Assembly: GCF_006345805.1 (NCBI RefSeq)
Contig: NC_043011.1
Span: 62,260,464-62,324,463 of the forward strand
Direction: 5' to 3'
Source: Octopus sinensis
Taxonomy: Eukaryota
Length of the DNA: 64,000 nucleotides
The notes under the pieces were generated by a model that worked only from the letters and a program-made list of their open reading frames with translations, ran no database searches and was not told the origin of the DNA. Positions 14,845 through 27,323 of this stretch are shown one piece after another. A program made the position numbers and the translations under genes. Positions within the stretch are counted from its first letter, which is position 1. Each line of letters begins with the position of its first letter.

Positions 14845-15640
14845 ATAATTATAATAATAAGGGCACTAATGAATAGTGTCACATGCTAGAAATAGACGCC
14901 AAATGGCTATATGAACTACATTTATTTGCTCCATTAGCACGGATTGAAAGCGAGGAAAGTGAATAAATAAGATTTCTTAAAACTGGTTTAACTATAAATC
15001 GATTTCTGGTTTTGAGACGTAAAATCTCTTTACCTTCATCAGTATAGTCTGACCATTTGTACATAATTATAACCATTTATACATACTAATACTAATATTA
15101 CGTATCCATAATCAAATATATAAATGATTACATTAATATATGAGCTAAATCTAATTTATCCACCTCAACCCGTGCATATACGACCGGAAATAATACCGCA
15201 GTAAATAATCTGGTCGGAGCAATTTGTATCTGTTTATTTGATAATCAAGGATAAAATCATTATAAGATTCTATCCAGTGGCCAGTATGTAATAAACCATG
15301 TTGGTAATAATTAATACAACTATATATAATTATATAAATATAATTATGATAATAAGGGCACTGCAGTGTTGAAGTGGATAAATTAGATTTAGGTCGTATA
15401 TAAATGTGAACATTTATATATATGACTATGGATACGTGATATTCATATTGGTATGTAGAAATGTTTATGATTATGTACAACTGGTCAGACTATAGCGATG
15501 AAGGTAAGGAAATTTTACATCTCAAGACCAGAAATCGATCTATAGTTTAACCTCTTTTAAGAAATCTTATTTGTTTACTTTCCTCGATTTCAATCCGTGC
15601 GAATGTGGCATTATTCATTAGTGCCCCATTACAATAATTA
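14845..15640. repeat. Fold-back cassette 1: inverted arms ~14940-15080 and ~15460-15605, Penelope-pLTR-like
   Basis: GATTGAAAGCGAGGAAAGT...GACCATTTGTACATAAT is the imperfect reverse complement of ATTATGTACAACTGGTC...ACTTTCCTCGATTTCAATC; each arm carries a hammerhead-like motif. Confidence 0.8.
14991..15048 (-). ncRNA. Minimal type I hammerhead ribozyme motif, canonical core
   Basis: ACUAUA-CUGAUGA-aGGUaaaGAGA...UCUCaaaACCa-GAAA-UCG-AUU-UAUAGU: 6-bp helix I, interrupted helix II, palindromic AUCGAU helix III. Confidence 0.65.
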
Positions 15641-15655
15641 TATATATATATATAT

Positions 15656-16805
15656 ATATGAAATTAAAGAAGGAAAATGCACTTACCTTACATAGTTTTG
15701 ATGTATATTTTTTATATATTTTATACTGTGTTTGTCGACCGGTTTCGCTTTCGCTAATCATGACATTAAAATGATTTTAGTTATGTATTTTCTTAAGAAA
15801 AATTTTGTCCATATTGTGTGGAGTTTATGGATGAATGAATCAACAAGTAGACAAATCTAAGGGGAGGTAATTTGTGATCGTTATTATTGTGGACAAGGGG
15901 GATAATTGTTCATCTTTCGGTGCGTGGGTGAATATACACAAAAGTTCAAAAACTAGAGTATTGGGGAGGCATATGTACAGTGATGAGTATGTAATCGTGA
16001 ATTAAATCAAAATTAGTTATGCGTGCATATTTGGAGGCGTTCTGTATTTTTTGATGAATAAAGTTTCTTTATTTAAACGTTCTTGTATAGAAATTGTATC
16101 TTTGCACAGGTAGAAGGGGGAAAACTGTGAAGTTTGGTTTGATTCTATCTGCTCGGATTGTGGACATAACTATGTAAGACAGACGAGTATGACATTGAAC
16201 CGAAGACCCCTCTACATAAACAGCAGATCCGATTCCTGCAATACAGACAGATTCCTTTATTTGAACACGCAGAGAAATGTGCAGGTAACATGAAACCAAA
16301 CTTTATAGTTTTCTCCTTCTACCAGTGCAAAGATACAATTTCTATACAAGAACGTTTAAATAAATAAAATTTATTTATCGGAAAATACAGAACACGTCTA
16401 AATATGCCCACATAACAAACCTTGATCTCTATACATATTTTAATTTACGATTAGATACCCATCAGTGTACATATTTCACCCTGCTACTCTAGTTTTTGAA
16501 TATTTATTTTGTGTATATATATATATATATATATATATGTTCCCTCTACCGAAAGATGAAAAATTATCACCCCTGTCCACAATAATAATGATTAGCAATT
16601 ACCTTACCTTAGATCTTTCTACATGTTGGATCATTCATTCATAAACTCCACGCACAGATGGACAAAACAATTTTTTCTTCAGAAAATACGTAATTAAAAC
16701 AATCTTAATGCCATGATTAGCGAAAGTGAAAACGGTCGACAAACACAATATAACATATATTGAAACTATGTAAAATGTTTGTATTTTCCTTCTTTAATTT
16801 CATAT
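15656..16805. repeat. Fold-back cassette 2: inverted arms of ~480 bp (~15656-16140 and ~16295-16805)
   Basis: ATGAAATTAAAGAAGGAAAAT vs ATTTTCCTTCTTTAATTTCAT; TTATTTAAACGTTCTTGTATAGAAATTGTATCTTTGCAC vs GTGCAAAGATACAATTTCTATACAAGAACGTTTAAATAA. Confidence 0.85.
15733..15765 (-). ncRNA. Ultra-minimal hammerhead-like motif with A3:U8 core variant
   Basis: UGUC-AUGAUUA-GC GAAA GC-GAAA-CCG-GUC-GACA; decayed mirror copy at 16709-16741 (+). Confidence 0.55.
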
Positions 16806-16968
16806 ATATATATATATTACAACTCACCATGTGGGGATAATCAAAATTCCTCCTTTTCAGTTACTACAGATATATATATATATTAATGATTACATATACA
16901 CACTCATATACGTTTATATAAACATATATACACATACATATATATATGTGCGTGAATGTATGCATATA

Positions 16969-16999
<31 letters not shown>

Positions 17000-18265
17000 G
17001 CATATATTCACACACACATACACACACATATCGATATATAGTACAGACTTCCGTACAAACACCGTCTCCCAACAAATTCACTCACAAGCCGTTGGTCAAC
17101 CCAGTACTCTAGTGAAAGGCCCTCCCGTAAAGTGGCGCGAAGAAGAACAGACTTGAAAATCGCATCGATGCAAATCAAAGTTCATAATCCACACAGCCCT
17201 GCTCGTGACCATATTTTCATTCGTATTAATTCTCTCTTCATTCTCATTAATTCTTCCTCACAATCTTATTCTTGTGTAACGATTTCATTTACGTCTAACT
17301 CACTTTATATAAGAATATTAAATTGAGCCCAATACTCGACTACTATGTTATTTTATTGACCCAACCAGCGGAAAGCTAGAATGTAAAGCTGACCTCTGTG
17401 TCATTCGAGATCAGAATGCAGAGCAAATGTAAGATATTTATTTTTTCTTTTTGTTTTGTTTGTTTGAAGAGTAATCTCTCGAGAAAGGCGGTTTCCGCTA
17501 TTTCCTGCTGAACAGCCTGTATAAGAACTCACTTCCTCCACCAAATCGACATAAACTCTACAGGTGCACGATGTGCCACACGTCAGACGTTGAAGCGACC
17601 GCAGAGTAACATAGATGAGTGTTTTCCTCAAGACCTCAACACGCCGCCCGGTTTGTGAATCGAAACCACTTTCGCACAATCATGAGTACCGCAACCTAGC
17701 CACAAGGCAACGCACGCTCACATAAGATAAACAGCACAAACTATTTGATCTTCTGCTCTGCCGATTTTAACAACCTAACCACCAAGTATCGATTACGTAT
17801 ATTACCCTTGCTATAAAATTAGCAAGAATAACGTCCAGTTTAATCAGCGGATTTCTTTCAATATTTCTCTTTCCGATCAAAGAGTCGCCTTCCACTTCAT
17901 TACAGAACTCTCTTTATTGCTATTCATATGGATTTTCGCACTTTCAATATTTATTGAAGATCGCTATATTTATGGCTGTGCATTAAAAGAAGTTCGTTAC
18001 GCAGCCACTTGGCCTCGGGTTCAATCCCAAAGCGCCGTATACTGTGCAAATGTCTTTTAATGTAGCTTTGGGCCGGTCAATACCTCGTGAGTAAATTTGT
18101 CGGCACACAGAAACTGTGCGGAAGCCCATCGTCCGTACATACATACATAATACACACACACATATGGTGTGTGTGTGTGTATGTATGTAAGTGATCTGGT
18201 TGTTCGTCTACAATAAGCTTCTCTGATTATCACATCACTTCCATCCTGGCGCTGTATATACATAC

Positions 18266-18320
<55 letters not shown>

Positions 18321-18328
18321 ATATATAT

Positions 18329-18438
18329 AAAATTAATCAAAACAAGAAAACAAAAACAAAAAAACAACGCAAGGACGTGGAACAAATAAAGTATTATTGG
18401 ACGCTCAGGAAAGAAGGGAAGAAGGATATATATATATC

Positions 18439-18471
<33 letters not shown>

Positions 18472-19229
18472 ATATAGGTATGTATGTTAGTGATCCGATT
18501 GTCCGTCCACGATAGACTGCTCTGATTATCAATGTTGCTTCCATCCTGGAGCTTTCTCGTAAGATATCCATGTCTTCTCATGATTTTTACTCATCCTTTC
18601 ATCTGACAAACCTCAACTCTACCCCAACCCTCAGCCGAACCCACACCCCACCCGTGCTTTACCCAATCTCGCCTCTCCCTCCTCCTAACATCACAACACA
18701 CCACCCACACAGCCATCCCCACATCTTCACACCTACACATACATACACGCACACGTCCAGACCACCAACCCTCTTTCACACGCACATACTTACTCTCTTA
18801 TACACACACGCACCTTCATGTTGGGGGTCATCTTTACTTTATTATCTCCCCTACTTCTTACCTCTCGTGTGTGACCTTTCTGTCTGGCAGTCGCCATGAT
18901 AGATCGTTAGCCACTATACACATTTTTTCTCTCCTTGTTTCTCTCTGTGTCCCATTCTGTTGAAGAGCGTAGGCTCGAAACGTAAAAGACTTTTTCTATT
19001 CCTGAGCGTCATACTAATACATCTGTTTGTTTTGTACACCACCTGTCTTCGTCTTTTGTTTTTCTTTTGTAAACTCTCCTGTATATATATATATATTATA
19101 TATATATATATATATAATATATATATATATATAAAATTAATCAAAACAAGAAAACAAAAACAAAAAAACAACGCAAGGACGTGGAACAAATAAAGTATTA
19201 TTGGACGCTCAGGAAAGAAGGGAAGAAGG

Positions 19230-19261
<32 letters not shown>

Positions 19262-19881
19262 TATATGTATGTATATATAGGTATGTATGTTAGTGATCCG
19301 ATTGTCCGTCCCGATAGACTGCTCTGATTATCAATGTTGCTTCCATCCTGGAGCTTTCTCGTAAGATATCCATGTCTTCTCATGATTTTTACTCATCCTT
19401 TCATCTGACAAACCTCAACTCTACCCCAACCCTCAGCCGAACCCACACCCCACCCGTGCTTTACCCAATCTCGCCTCTCCCTCCTCCTAACATCACAACA
19501 CACCACCCACACAGCCATCCCCACATCTTCACACCTACACATACATACACGCACACGTCCAGACCACCAACCCTCTTTCACACGCACATACTTACTCTCT
19601 TATACACACACGCACCTTCATGTTGGGGGTCATCTTTACTTTATTATCTCCCCTACTTCTTACCTCTCGTGTGTGACCTTTCTGTCTGGCAGTCGCCATG
19701 ATAGATCGTTAGCCACTATACACATTTTTTCTCTCCTTGTTTCTCTCTGTGTCCCATTCTGTTGAAGAGCGTAGGCTCGAAACGTAAAAGACTTTTTCTA
19801 TTCCTGAGCGTCATACTAATACATCTGTTTGTTTTGTACACCACCTGTCTTCGTCTTTTGTTTTTCTTTTGTAAACTCTCC

Positions 19882-19886
<5 letters not shown>
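18329..19886. repeat. Near-identical tandem duplication, unit ~802-804 bp
   Basis: 18329-19082 repeats at 19133-19886; identical ORFs at 18570 and 19372; differences seen are single-base indels and (TA)n length. Confidence 0.95.
18953..18988 (+). ncRNA. Hammerhead-like motif, CUGUNGA family (also 19755-19790 +, 25941-25976 +, 56658-56693 -)
   Basis: Consensus CUUU-CUGUNGA-A-GAGC nnnn GCUC-GAAA-C-GU(A/U)-AAAG; this copy has CAUU in helix I. Confidence 0.5.
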
Positions 19887-19933
<47 letters not shown>

Positions 19934-20935
19934 TGTGTGTGTGTGTATATATATACATATATGTGTGAATGTCTGTATGTCTGTATGTATGTACGTATAT
20001 ACGAGTGCGTGTATAGTTGAAATCCTAAGAATTTGAAACTTCGGGAGAACTCTTTTTGGAACGGTAAATCTCAAAGCAAACACAACTACAAACAAGTTTT
20101 GAAACTAGAAAAGCACTCGGAGAGCCCAGACCTCCGCCAAGCAGCTCGTTTCCACCCATATACACGCATGCTGAAAATCGCCCAATTTCCCAAACCAATG
20201 CCAGCAAAAACATAACCTCCTTGACGTGGGTAAAAAAAGAAATTATCGCAGCCATTGGATTAAAAAAAAAAAAGAACCCTTTAAAAAGAGGAATCATCAT
20301 CAGAAGTTATAATAGCACCATTACCCACTCACCACATCAAGATGTACGTCATCACACCACAAGTACTACCGCCATCACTACAACCGCCCAGTAGGAGCAG
20401 CACTACGACGACAACGACGAAGACGACGACGACGACCACCACCACTACCACCATATCACAATCACCACCACAACTATCCTACCACTATCACCACCACCAC
20501 AACCACCAACATCATCCGGACATTGTTATTGCTTCCACTTCAACCACATACACCGCCATCAACGTTATGATGACGGTTACCCTGACAGTCACTTTCACCA
20601 CCACAACCAGTATAACCACTGCAATACCACCACCACACAACTAACACCATCATCAACACCACTATCACCACCATCACCTCAGCATCGCACACCACACCGC
20701 TCCTGTTGCCATTGTAACCACCGATACTATTTTATCCTCCTCCCATACTTATCTTGACCATCATCATCATCAACACTGTCTCTGCTTTCACCACAATCAC
20801 TGACAAAACTAAAATCCATTATCCGATACTCGTGGGACCGAGATTGTGGCAGATTTTTGATTTTTCTAATTTCGGATTACTTTATTAAAACCAGGTCTAA
20901 ACACAATAGCTTATAGACATACTCTGAATGTAGTT

Positions 20936-21362
20936 ACTCTTTACTCTTTTACTTGTTTCAGTCATTTGACTGCGACCATGCCGGAGCACCGCCTTTAATC
21001 GAGCAACTCGACCCCGGGACTTATTCTTTGTAAGCCCAGTACTTATTCTATCGGTCTCTTTTGCCGAACTGCTAAGTGACGGGGACATAAACACACCAGC
21101 ATCGGTTGTCAAGAAATGTTGGGGGGACAAACACAGACACAGACAAACATACATGCACACACACACACACGCACATAAATATATATATATACATATATAC
21201 GACGGGCTTCTTTCAGTTTCCGTCTACCAAAACCTCTCACAAGGCTTTGGTCGGCCCGAGGCTATAGTAGAAGACACTTGCCCGAGGTGCCACGCAGTGG
21301 GACTGAACCCGGAATCATGTGGTTGGTAAATAAGCTACTTACCACACAGCCACTCCTGTGCC
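20936..21362 (-). mobile_element. SINE family A, full length
   Basis: Reverse-complement head GGAGTGGCTGTGTGGTAAGTAGC..GGTTCAGTCCC (pol III A/B-box-like), internal (CA)n/(TA)n, AAAAGAGTA-repeat tail. Confidence 0.85.
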
Positions 21363-21542
21363 TATATAAATCTCTAATAATTTTTTTATACTTAAGACCA
21401 TCAGAAATGTTAAGATATCAGCCTCTACCCACGTTGTCATGCTTTGATTAAAAGGTTAGATTAGATTACTTTGATTAAGTTTCGGCCGAAGTTGACTCAA
21501 GCTATGTCTAATTTAATAGCACCACCTGGAAGAAATACACAG

Positions 21543-21925
21543 TCAGCTCTGGGGAACCGTAGCCCATTCAAATAGAGGATTATATATGGGTGTGGGTGGT
21601 TTAGCTGGTATTTGTTGGAGGTAATCATCTAGGGATCGTTTGAATGCCGTGAAGTCACTTTCCTCCTTTACGTGTGTCTGGCACGATGCTAAAGAGAGCT
21701 GAGCCAATTGAGGTGATATAGTTCTGTCATAGTATTGTGATATGATACGAACATTTCTGTAGGGGATGGATGGCACGGGGGCCAAGCCTCGGACGAATTT
21801 TAAAAATGGGCAATGTTGATGGAATATTTTCCACATCATACAGATGATATAGAGCTCACAGCGGCGGTGGAGGGAGCAAAGCTTGAGCTTTTTTAGTCGA
21901 TCCCAATAGTCAAGGCTTGACATGT
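21543..21925 (-). pseudogene. CR1/L2-group LINE ORF2 C-terminal remnant
   Basis: LDYWDRLKKLKLCSLHRRCELYIICMMWKI resembles the LSYxERLxxLxLxSLExRR motif; FKRSLDDYL resembles the FKxxLDxxL terminal motif. Confidence 0.75.
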
Positions 21926-22309
21926 CATCCTCCGCAGACCTCCGCCAAGCAGCTCATATTAAGATAGATACGCGAGTAAAATTACTAACAGAGAAACGAA
22001 AATAAACTTTGGAAACTGCAACGCCACCATAGGTTAGGTGCAAACGATGAACGTGTTTTCAAGGGAGATAATCAAAGAACGTAACATTGTAATACTTCAT
22101 GTAGAGTAAATATAACAAATGAAAAATCCTTCAAGAATCCATAAAACTTTCCGGATCACTAACAAAATTTCATAATCTGTTTCTTGTGTCATTACCAACT
22201 TTTTCTGCAAGTTTCATCAAATACCGTTCACAATTTTTTGAGTTATTTTGCACACAGACGGACAGACGGACAAACCAACGCTGAAAAATCAATGCGGCTT
22301 TATCATCAG

Positions 22310-22442
22310 ACTGAACAACTATATGCCTGTCATCACTGCAAATGGATATGTCGATCCCACATCGGCCTTATCAGCCACGAACGAGCGTGCAGACAACGTG
22401 GACAACAGCCTTGCTAACGTTCGTCAGCGAAGCCAAGCCAAG
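22310..22442 (+). mobile_element. RTE LINE 3' terminal fragment
   Basis: CHHCKWICRSHIGLISHERAC matches the RTE C-terminal CxxC...SxIGLxSHxRxC knuckle; short-repeat tail GCCAAGCCAAG. Confidence 0.65.
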
Positions 22443-22449
22443 ATACTTG

Positions 22450-23215
22450 TACGTATGTATGTACGCATGTATGTACGCATGTATATACGTATGTATGTAT
22501 GTATGTATGTATGTATGTATGTATGTATGTATGTATGTATGTATGTATGTATGTATGTATGTATGCATGTATGTATGTATGCATGTATATATGTATGTAT
22601 GTATGTATGTATGCATGTATGTATGTATGTACGCATGTATGTATGTATGTACGCATGTATGTACGTATGTATGTATGTATGTATGTATGCATGCTTGCAT
22701 GTATGTATGTATGTATGTACGCATGTATGTATGTATGTATGTATGTATGAATGTATGCATGTATGTACGCATGTATGTATGTATGTACGTATGTATGTAT
22801 GTATGTATGTATGTATGCATGTATGTATGCATGCATGTATGTATGTATGTATGCATGTATGTATGTATGTATGTATGTATGCATGTATATACGCATGTAT
22901 GTATGTATGTATGTATGTATGCAGGTATGCATGTATATGTATGTATGTATGTATGCATGCAGGTATGCATGTATGTATGTATGTATGTATGTATGTATGT
23001 ATGTATGCATGTATATATGTATGTATGTATGCAGTATGTATGTATGTATGTATGTATGCAGTATGTATGTATGTATGCATGTATGTATGTATGGTATGTA
23101 TGTATGTATGTATGCATGTATGTATGTATGCATGTATGTATGTATGTATGTATGTATGTATTATGTATGTATGTATGTATGTATGTATGTATGTATGTAT
23201 GTATGTATGTATGCA
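22450..23215. repeat. (TATG)n microsatellite, ~770 bp
   Basis: Direct reading; source of the long MYVC/HTYI pseudo-ORFs. Confidence 0.97.
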
Positions 23216-23223
23216 TAAACATG

Positions 23224-23549
23224 TGAAGGTGCGTGGCTTAGTGGTTAGGGGCATTCGGCTCATGATCGTAAGGTCGTCAGTTCAATTCTTGGCGGCGCGT
23301 TGTGTCCTTGAGCAAGACACTTTATTTCACGTTGCTCCAGTCCACTCAGCTGGCAAAAATGAGTAGTACCTGTATTTCAAGGAGTCATCCATGTCAAACT
23401 CTGTGTCACGCTGAATCTCGCCGAAAACTACGTGTTAAGGGTACACGTGTCTGTGGAGTGCTCAGCCACTTGCACGTTAATATCACGAGCAAGTTGTTCC
23501 GTTGATCGTATCAGCCGGGACCCTCATCGTCGCAACCGACGGAGTGCTC
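23224..23549 (+). mobile_element. SINE family C, second tail type
   Basis: GTGAAGGTGCGTGGCTTAGTGGTTAGGG A-box head; GTGTCCTTGAGCAAGACACTTTATTTCAC central domain. Confidence 0.8.
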
Positions 23550-24424
23550 CTATATGCATAAACATAATATATAGCGTCTACCAGAAAATCTAAGAGAAAT
23601 TTTCTGCAGACATTACCGAGACTTTAAATTGTAAGACTCGTTCTTCAGATGTAAACAAATAAAAACACGTTGATCACTGATACGTTTCGTTTTTCTTTTC
23701 TTGCATCTCTACATTCTTCAAATATCAACACACGTCCGCGCACGCACATACACACATATATACACACGAATAGACACACTTATACTATATACATGTATGC
23801 GTGTGAATGTGTGTGTGTGAACAAGCTGGTAATACGTCGACGCACGCTGCAAAATAAAAAGAGAGTGCTCAATACATAACAGTGGAATAGAACCATCTTT
23901 ATTTCCCAGTAAATCTCATGATTTGTCACTCGTTTCTATTCGCCAATCCATGAAATTATGCGCGCGTGTGTGTGTGTGTGTATGTGTGGGTGAGTGTGCG
24001 TTCGTATTTGTTCCTCACTCTAGCGTGACAACCGGTGTTGGTTTGTTTACGCCATGAAATTATGCGCGCGTGTGTGTGTGTATGTGTGTGTGAATATGAG
24101 TGTTTGTTCGTATTTGGTCCTCAGTCTAGCGTGACAACCGGTTTTGGTTTGTTTGCGTCCATGCAACTTGGTGGTTCGGCTAAAGAGATCTATAGTATAA
24201 GTACCAATAGATAAAAATAAGAACTAGGGTTCATCGATTAAATCCGACAAGGCCGATGACCCCTGCATAATCACAATCGAATGACCGACAAGTATATCTT
24301 ATATATATAAATCCTTTATATAATAAGGGATAAAATCACTCATGATCTTAGGAGGTCAGCACGAAAATCAAAACCTTATAGGTAAATTTTCTAAATAATA
24401 TATTAATAATTATATCACATAATC

Positions 24425-24738
24425 GTGAAGGCGCATGGCTCAGTGGTTAGAGCGTCGAGCTTACGATCGTGAGGTTGTGAGCTCGAATTCCGAATCCCAG
24501 ACCGGACTGCGTGTTGTGTTCTCGAGCAAGATACTTTATTTCACATTGCTCCAGTTCACTCAGCTGTAGAGTGCCAAGCTGTATCGGCCCCTTGGATAAT
24601 ACTAGTGGCGTGGAGAGTGGAGGCCGGTATGCATGGGAGACTGCTGGTCCTCTATAAACAACCTTGCCCGGACTTGTGCCTGGAAGGGCAACTTTCTAGG
24701 TGCAATCTCATGGTCTTTGTCATGACCGAAGGGGGTCT
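24425..24738 (+). mobile_element. SINE family C
   Basis: Head nearly identical to 57662 (GTGAAGGCGCATGGCTCAGTGGTTAGAGCG); tail CATGACCGAAGGGGGTCT. Confidence 0.85.
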
Positions 24739-24745
24739 CAGAATC

Positions 24746-24899
24746 ATAGCAAGGGATCGGAAACAATCCTCTCCAGGCGCTGAAATTAGACGCCAAATGA
24801 CGCTAAAACCTGCGTTTTTTGAGTTTTTAATGTGGTTTTAGCGTCATTTGGCGTCTATTTTCAGCACCTGGAGAGGATTGTTTCCATTCTCTTGTTATA
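24746..24899. repeat. Inverted repeat with ~60-bp arms
   Basis: GGAAACAATCCTCTCCAGGCGCTGAAATTAGACGCCAAATGACGCTAAAACC vs GGTTTTAGCGTCATTTGGCGTCTATTTTCAGCACCTGGAGAGGATTGTTTCC. Confidence 0.9.
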
Positions 24900-25309
24900 A
24901 TTATTAATATTAATATAATATTTAGAAATTGACCAACAAGCTTTTTATTTTCGTGATGAACACCGGATAAAATCATTCATGATTTTATCCTTTGTTAAAT
25001 AAATAATATATGAAATTTTTTACTCCGGATCAAAGTTGCATAAATCCAATGAAAACACCTGTTAGTTACCAATCCATAGAAAGTTCTACTATAAGGTAAC
25101 CATATAAACCGTGGCTCCTATGTTTATATATTTAATGAATAAGGAGAAAATGGAGAAGTAATTAATAAAATTATTTATTAACTGTAAAATATGACAACAT
25201 ATCTGACAGCTGTTTCGATTCAGAAATCTTTAGATAATTAATTTATGAAATTAAAATCATTAGAAGATGAACCGATTAGAAATACATGCTGAAATAATGG
25301 TTATAAAAC

Positions 25310-25615
25310 ACATACATACATACATACATACATACATGCATGCATGCATACATACATACATACATACATACACACATACATACATACATGCATACATACA
25401 TACATACATACATACATGCATGCATACATACATACATACATACATGCATGCATGCATACATACATACATACATACATACATACATACATACATACACACA
25501 CATACGTACATACGTACATACACACATACATACATACATACATGCATGCATGCATGCATACATACAACATACATACATACATACATACATGCATACATAC
25601 ATACATACATACATA
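25310..25615. repeat. (CATA)n microsatellite
   Basis: Direct reading. Confidence 0.95.
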
Positions 25616-25797
25616 CACACACACATACATAATATACATATGCATACATGCACGCACACACACACATACACACACACCTATAGACTAATTGAGTAAACCT
25701 ATCAGTAATGTACCTATAATGACAACTGGAAACAGCTGTAAGTCAAATTTACTCTAACAAAGAAAAATATGTAATAACTATTACTTCTAACTTTTTC

Positions 25798-25844
<47 letters not shown>

Positions 25845-25853
25845 CACACACAC

Positions 25854-25890
<37 letters not shown>

Positions 25891-26857
25891 CTAGCCACTA
25901 AACCTTTTCCTATTTTCTCTCCCTGTTTATTTCTGTGTTCCTTTCTGTCGAAGAGCCTAAGCTCGAAACGTAAAAGACTTTCTCACCCCCCCCCCGAGCG
26001 TTAAACTAATACATCTGTTTGTTGTTTACACACCCGTCTTCATCTTTTGTTGTTTTTTGTAAATTCTCACTATATCTCTTATGATAAAAGGCAGATTTTC
26101 TCTGCCTCTGACATAGTTTGTTTTTAATACAATTGTACAATATATAATTTCTTCAATTGGAATTTACCTATGATTTTTCGAAGTAGATTCGATTGGGGCA
26201 TGGCATATCAATTTTTTTCAATTTGACCCCAATTAAGCAAAAATTCGAGAAAACTAAATATTTTACGATTTGCCTCTCTCATATCAACTGCTTCACTCCT
26301 TCTATTACCACACTTTCTCCTACTTTCTCTTTGCAAGTGTACCTTAAACCACTACTCAAAAATAATACACAGGAAACAGAAACAAATAAATACATAACGA
26401 TTTACTCCTCACACAATTTCTTCAATTGGATTTAACCTATGATTTTTCGAAGTACATTCCATTGGGTCATGGCATTGAAATTTCTTTCAATTTGACCCCC
26501 AATTAAGCAAAAATTCGAGAAAACTCAATAATTTACGATTGGTTTTTAATTTACTTTCTGTCGCTAAGTTTTTGTAGTATTAATTTGCGAGCGTACTTCA
26601 GTTGTCAATTATTGAAAGAAAGAAATTGTAAGCTAAGAAGGTGTGTGTGGTGTGCGCGTGTGTGTGTGTGTATGTGTGTGTGTGTGTCTGTGTGTGTGTG
26701 AGTGTGTGTGAGTGTGTGTGTGTGTGTGTAGGAAGTGAAGGATAAAAATATGGCAAGAAGTGGACAGATGTACATATATACATACATACATCCATACATA
26801 CATACATGTGTGTGTGTGTGTGTGTGTATATGTATGTGTATTAATGTGTGTGTGTTA

Positions 26858-27248
26858 TCTCTCTCTATATAAAGCTGAAGTTGTCTGTGTGCGGTAGGTT
26901 TGGTAGCCTTCAACTAACACTATCTCCTCCGAGACCCTGCGGCGCAAGTTGACCAACATTGAGAGTATGATAGAAGAAGGGTTGCTCTTCCTTCCGTACA
27001 AGATAAAATGCAAATCGGACCATGTTAACACCAAAAATTATTTACTTCAAAAAGGTGCTTTTTTTCTATGAAAATCCATATTTTTTACGATTTTTTCACT
27101 GCTGTGTCGCCACTTTTCGGTGTATTTCAACCAGAAAAAATGTTCACTTGAAGAGAATAACAATTACATAAAGCAACATTTTTACTTTTCAAAAATTCCA
27201 ATTCCAGCGGGTCGAAACAAACCCGAGCAACGCCGGGCGATACTGCTA

Positions 27249-27249
<1 letters not shown>
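26858..27249 (+). mobile_element. Non-autonomous Helitron-like element
   Basis: A|TC...AAACCCGAGCAACGCCGGGCGATACTGCTAG|T; 3' end identical to the element at 8393-8690. Confidence 0.75.

Positions 27250-27323
<74 letters not shown>

Noticed and set aside
18570-19701. Duplicated 109-aa ORFs as a tandem gene pair
   Set aside because: CA-rich low-complexity sequence inside a repeat duplication with no coding signature
22248-23366. 372-aa ORF and overlapping 240-294-aa ORFs
   Set aside because: Translations of a (TATG)n microsatellite that lacks stops in most frames
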